Position numbers and translations under genes: made by a program. The notes below the pieces were generated by a model. That model saw nothing but the letters and a program-made list of their open reading frames with translations. It ran no database searches and was not told the origin of the DNA. This document shows, piece by piece, positions 28,191 to 32,000 of a DNA stretch of 32,000 bases; within the stretch, counting starts at the first letter, position 1, and each line of letters begins with the position of its first letter. The stretch is from Candidatus Arthromitus sp. SFB-rat-Yit (lineage in GTDB: Bacteria > Bacillota > Clostridia > Clostridiales > Clostridiaceae), in the NCBI RefSeq assembly GCF_000283555.1, contig NC_016012.1:990001-1022000 (forward strand), read 5' to 3'.

Positions 28191-28601
28191 ATGGCATTAA
28201 TACAAATTTATCTAGACAAATCAGATGATTCTTCAAGACAATATATAGAATTATTGAGAAATAAAAATATTGATTTCTTACAAACAAACCTCAAAAATGA
28301 AACAAGCATTCTAAAACTTCACAAATTAAGCAGTCTACCTGCTATAAGATTTCAGAACAGCTTAATTTACGACATAACAGAAAAATCAGTACATAAAATT
28401 GTTAAAAAATTTAATCAGTATGTGTATAATCTAACAGACCTAGGCTCAAACCAAAAGATATTAAACAATTTCAAAAAATCCATAGAGCAAGAAAATTCTA
28501 AAGAAAACAAATTTAAAAAAGCCAATACAGATAAAATCAGAATTGGAAACCTCCAAAAATTTTTAAAACTAACTAAAACTATGCTGAAACCAAAAAAATA
28601 A
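28191..28601 (+). CDS. Glutaredoxin/thioredoxin-fold-like protein lacking active-site cysteines (tentative)
   Basis: IQIYLDKSDDSSRQYIELLRNKNIDF fits the glutaredoxin N-terminal pattern with Ser/Asp where CPYC is expected; LSSLPAIRFQNSLIYD resembles the cis-Pro strand. ATG preceded by AAGGAG. Confidence 0.5.
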   Translation: MALIQIYLDKSDDSSRQYIELLRNKNIDFLQTNLKNETSILKLHKLSSLPAIRFQNSLIYDITEKSVHKIVKKFNQYVYNLTDLGSNQKILNNFKKSIEQENSKENKFKKANTDKIRIGNLQKFLKLTKTMLKPKK

Positions 28602-28654
28602 AGTCCCCCACTTCATATAATAATTAATTTCCCTAAATGTGTTCTAATTTCCAA

Positions 28655-28692
28655 AAAATAAAACACCTTTTTAGGTGTTTTATTTTTAATTA
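28655..28692. terminator. Bidirectional terminator
   Basis: aaaaataaaacacctttttaggtgttttattttta. Confidence 0.85.
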
Positions 28693-28701
28693 TTTATTTA
28701 A

Positions 28702-30915
28702 TTAATTCCTAGAAACTGATTGAGCTTGTGCAAGTCTTTCTTGATATCCATCTGCTAATTTTCTATTTAAAGATTCAGCAAAGTTAGGATCTACTTTAAG
28801 CTTTGTAACATTAGAATCTGTTAAAATCACTTCTGAAGTCTGAGATGAAATTTTAACCTTTCCATCTTTACTTTCAACATTAATGCTTAGAGTTCCATTC
28901 GTATTAGACGCTTTTGGTTTTTTATCTTCATCAGATTTCGTTTCAAAAAACTTAGTAAGTACTTGTACACTACCACTTCCTGAAATATCTTCTCTATTTA
29001 TTTTAACATTTTTTTGTAAATCCGCATCTTTCCTAGATACATCTTTAGTATTAATCAATGCTCCTGAAGATGAAGATCCTGAAGTCGTTGTTCCTCCAGA
29101 AGTAGAAACTGGTTTTAATTTTGATTTCACATCATTAATTTCTAAAGTAGATAGAGTATATCCTTTTTCTCCTGTAGAACTACTAGTCCCTATATTTTTT
29201 TTTTGACCTGAAGCCTCAGCAGTTTGAGAACTTCCGGTTTTATCTTGAGTTTTTACGTTAGTAGTCGTTGTTGTTCTCGATGCTGGAGATGGAGTAATAA
29301 TTATTGTACTTGTAAATTTTTGATCAGGTTGTTGTCCACTTGTACCAGTTCCAGTGGATGGCGTAACTGTTGTTTGAGTAGTAGTAGGAGTTTGTGAAGG
29401 TTCTTCCACCTTAAGTTTACTTGCAATTTTAGTTGCTGGACCCATAACTTGAGGATTGCTAAACTTAACTGTACCACCAGTACCTGTTTGTTGTTGAGTA
29501 GTCGGTTTCGTATCTGTACCAGTTATTTTAGTTACATCTCTTGTTGTATCTGTAGTAGTCGGAATTTTCAACGTAATATTTTTTACTGAAGTTATATAAT
29601 CTGGGCTAGTGCTTGTCCCCCCAAGTTGCACTCTTAACTCAGTACGATATATATTGTTTCCTTCAGTTTGACTACTCTTGTCTGAAGATGATTGTGTAGT
29701 AGATTGAGTTTGTACATTTAATGTTGTTATCTTTGAAGTTTGAGATCCTGTGGCAGCAGTAGAACCTTGTGAAGTTTCTTTCACCTTAAGTTTACTTGCA
29801 AGTTCAGCAGCTGGAATCATTACTTGTGGATTTTTAACATTAACTGTTCCTACTGAAGATTGTTGAGTTCCTTGTTTATCAGTTTGAGTAGATGTAGTTG
29901 AAACCGGTATTTTATCTGTCTGAGTAGCTTTAGTTCGGTCATTTAATCCGCTTCCATTTACTTTAAATTTACTTGCAATTTGTTGAGCCTTCTGGATAAT
30001 ATCTGGATTATTAACTTTAACTTTAGGCGTTTCTTGTACGAAATTAACATTACCATCCTGATTCTTAACCATCTGCAATTTCAAACTACTAGTAGTAGTG
30101 TTGCCTACTCCAGTTCCACTAGCAGCACTTCCACCTGAAACTGCACTACTTCCAGTGCTAGCATTTTGATCATTCACTTTAAGTTTATCTGCAATTTGCT
30201 GAGCCTTCTGAATAATATCTGGATTATGAACCTTAACTTCAGGTATTTTTTCTACAAAATTAATACCACCGTCACCATTCTTAATCATTTCTAAGTTTAA
30301 TCTTGAAGTATACAAGCTACTAATTCCACTCGATCCGCTAGCAATAGAACCTGTTTCTTGTGCTTTAGATTGCTGTGCATTTATTATATCTGCTCCAGTT
30401 ATCCATCTTGGCTTTGATCTGTATATGTAACTTACTATTCGTCCAGTAGTAGGGTCTACGTATTTATCCCTTCCAACTTTCGTATCACTAAGGAATATTT
30501 CAAAACGTGTCCCAAGATTTTTCTCATATGTTTTTAAAGTACCAGAGTCACTAACATATTGCGTATATTTTTTATTAGGATCGATAGGTCCAGTAGCTAC
30601 AAAAGTATCCGCAGTTGCTCCAAATTTATGTTGAACCTTATGTGTTGGCAACACATTTTCTGGCTGCTGTACTATTCCACTAACATTTCTTACACTAACC
30701 CTAGAAGAAGCAGCACTTACACCACTAACACTACTTGTACCACTAGCTATACTACTTGCACGACTTAAACTTCTTGCAAGTCCTGAAGCAACTCTACCAA
30801 CCATAGCATTGGCCTTTTTACCGTCACCCAAATATAAAGACATGGCCGCAATTACCGATAATACATAAAGACTTCCACTATAAAGCCCGACATTTTTATT
30901 ATTTCTAACACCCAT
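28702..30915 (-). CDS. Large exported Ser/Thr/Gln/Lys-rich disordered protein with NPxxxxxAxxIAxKxKV repeats
   Basis: GGAGGAG upstream of ATG; signal-like N-terminus ending GKKANA; repeated NPDIIQKAQQIADKLKV, NPDIIQKAQQIASKFKV, NPQVMIPAAELASKLKV, NPQVMGPATKIASKLKV. Confidence 0.85.
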   Translation of the reverse strand: MGVRNNKNVGLYSGSLYVLSVIAAMSLYLGDGKKANAMVGRVASGLARSLSRASSIASGTSSVSGVSAASSRVSVRNVSGIVQQPENVLPTHKVQHKFGATADTFVATGPIDPNKKYTQYVSDSGTLKTYEKNLGTRFEIFLSDTKVGRDKYVDPTTGRIVSYIYRSKPRWITGADIINAQQSKAQETGSIASGSSGISSLYTSRLNLEMIKNGDGGINFVEKIPEVKVHNPDIIQKAQQIADKLKVNDQNASTGSSAVSGGSAASGTGVGNTTTSSLKLQMVKNQDGNVNFVQETPKVKVNNPDIIQKAQQIASKFKVNGSGLNDRTKATQTDKIPVSTTSTQTDKQGTQQSSVGTVNVKNPQVMIPAAELASKLKVKETSQGSTAATGSQTSKITTLNVQTQSTTQSSSDKSSQTEGNNIYRTELRVQLGGTSTSPDYITSVKNITLKIPTTTDTTRDVTKITGTDTKPTTQQQTGTGGTVKFSNPQVMGPATKIASKLKVEEPSQTPTTTQTTVTPSTGTGTSGQQPDQKFTSTIIITPSPASRTTTTTNVKTQDKTGSSQTAEASGQKKNIGTSSSTGEKGYTLSTLEINDVKSKLKPVSTSGGTTTSGSSSSGALINTKDVSRKDADLQKNVKINREDISGSGSVQVLTKFFETKSDEDKKPKASNTNGTLSINVESKDGKVKISSQTSEVILTDSNVTKLKVDPNFAESLNRKLADGYQERLAQAQSVSRN
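29407..30303 (-). repeat. Four dispersed copies of a helical repeat
   Basis: Copies at 30175-30303, 29959-30087, 29782-29844 and 29407-29469. The first two are 43-aa units: SRLNLEMIKNGDGGINFVEKIPEVKVHNPDIIQKAQQIADKLKV and SSLKLQMVKNQDGNVNFVQETPKVKVNNPDIIQKAQQIASKFKV. Confidence 0.85.
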
Positions 30916-31075
30916 GTATTCTCCTCCGTATTTATTTAATTAAAATCAAAAACAGCCTACCTATCTTTGTTTAATTCATTTTTTTGTAATAATTATAACA
31001 TTTTTTTCTAAAAAGTTCATCATTTTTTAATTTTTTATATAAATTTAATTCACATTCTAACAAAATAACTGTTAA

Positions 31076-31105
31076 AAAAAAAGAGATACAAAGATCTCTT
31101 TTAAG
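31076..31105 (-). terminator. Terminator of the right-edge gene
   Basis: aaaaaaaagagatacaaagatctctttt hairpin. Confidence 0.65.
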
Positions 31106-31117
31106 ATTTCACACTAA

Positions 31118-32000
31118 TTATTTAGCATATCTCCTATATTTACTTAATATTTGTTGAACTTCTTGACTATCAAATATTCCCTTATAATCTACACCATCTG
31201 AACCACTTGAACCTAATGAACCCCTTCTTGAATTCTGTCCTGATCCTCCTTCATCACCTTCAGGTATTGTTGCAAGACTTGGTCTGTATCCACCATCATC
31301 TACAGTGTCAAATTCTCGATTTTGTCTGCCCTTTGGTCTTGCTCCTTCTCTTCCGTCTGAAGAAGAACCTCCCGTACTTAAACCTGAACTTGAAGAGCTT
31401 GAGCTACTAGATGATGTTGTTGTAGTCGTGCTAGAAGTAGTACTTGTAGTTGACGTAGTTTTTGAGCTTGTACCACTAGAGCTTGAAGAACTTGAAGAAC
31501 CACCTATTTTAGTAACAGTTCTTGAGCTACTCGAACTTGTTTGTGGTGATGATAATTTAGGTCCTGATAATGTTGTAGTTGTTGTTGTAGATGATTTGCT
31601 GCTGTTTTTTAAAGATTCTTCAAGTGCCTTTTGAAGATTTGGATTAGAATCATCAGGATCCAATCCAGTAGGTGGAGCAGTTTTAGGTGCTTTAGTGTCA
31701 GGATTTTTAGTTTGAGCTGTCACTTGTTTTTCAGTACCATTAGGACCCTTTAAAGTTACTGTCACAGTTCCAGGAGTCGCACTCGAACTTGAACCAGTAA
31801 CAGTCGGCGTAGGAGTAGTTTTAGTGCTAGTTGTAACTGTTGTAGTTGCTCCACTACTGGAAGATGTAGTCGTTCCTGTTGAAGTTGTAGGCGAACTACT
31901 ACTTGTCCCTGTTCCAGTAGTTGGAGTCGTTGTTAATTTAGTTGCTCCTCTAGTAGGAGTCGAAGTTGTTTGTGGAGATGACAACTTTACACCACTTAAT
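31118..32000 (-). CDS. C-terminal part of an exported-type Ser/Thr-rich disordered protein (N-terminus beyond window)
   Basis: The frame stays open past the track TTG start at 31984 (reads ...LSGVKLSSPQTTSTPTRG). C-terminal GREGARPKGRQNREFDTVDDGGYRPSLATIPEGDEGGSGQNSRRGSLGSSGSDGVDYKGIFDSQEVQQILSKYRRYAK. Confidence 0.75.
   Translation of the reverse strand, partial: LSGVKLSSPQTTSTPTRGATKLTTTPTTGTGTSSSSPTTSTGTTTSSSSGATTTVTTSTKTTPTPTVTGSSSSATPGTVTVTLKGPNGTEKQVTAQTKNPDTKAPKTAPPTGLDPDDSNPNLQKALEESLKNSSKSSTTTTTTLSGPKLSSPQTSSSSSRTVTKIGGSSSSSSSSGTSSKTTSTTSTTSSTTTTTSSSSSSSSSSGLSTGGSSSDGREGARPKGRQNREFDTVDDGGYRPSLATIPEGDEGGSGQNSRRGSLGSSGSDGVDYKGIFDSQEVQQILSKYRRYAK

Noticed and set aside
28883-29206. Plus-strand ORF antisense to the 28702-30915 gene
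   Set aside because: Biased-composition antisense ORF; the main frame has RBS, signal peptide and repeats.
31207-31634. Plus-strand ORFs opposite the right-edge Ser/Thr-rich gene
   Set aside because: Leu/Val/Glu-rich products typical of antisense translation of Ser/Thr repeats.
1-32000. CRISPR array, tRNA/rRNA genes, prophage or intact insertion sequence
   Set aside because: No regularly spaced direct repeats with unique spacers, no recognisable tRNA or rRNA segments, no integrase or complete transposase. Formal scans (tRNAscan-SE, CRISPR finders) were not run.

Overview
The window is a very AT-rich, low-GC Firmicute (Clostridia-like) chromosome segment. The style (subtilase of the germination-protease type, flagellin-like protein, many secreted Ser/Thr-rich proteins) is compatible with a host-attaching segmented filamentous bacterium, but that taxonomic guess is inference. 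The left half has housekeeping genes: polysaccharide deacetylase, Na+/Ca2+ exchanger, divergent flagellin-like protein, PatB/MalY-like aminotransferase, methyl-accepting chemotaxis protein, radA, a transposase-type zinc-ribbon/HTH protein, a 1192-aa tandem subtilase and glmS. Four exported proteins share a C-terminal DUF4214-like module; three form a tandem cluster (17.0-22.6 kb) and one is a lipoprotein running off the left edge. The most unusual part is 24.1-32 kb, which holds five predicted exported, disordered, Ser/Thr/Pro-rich proteins. Three of them (24155-25183, 25311-25925, 25953-26762) carry an unusual density of eukaryotic-type short motifs: YEEI-P, DPIYENV, DPTYADI, PTYENL, SPYETP, VIYTTV, TVYSTI, KPPVAPKP, PPPPP and a WH2-like LL...LKK segment. 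This is a candidate host-directed phosphotyrosine/SH3/actin effector locus. No database search was run; family names come from recognised motifs.
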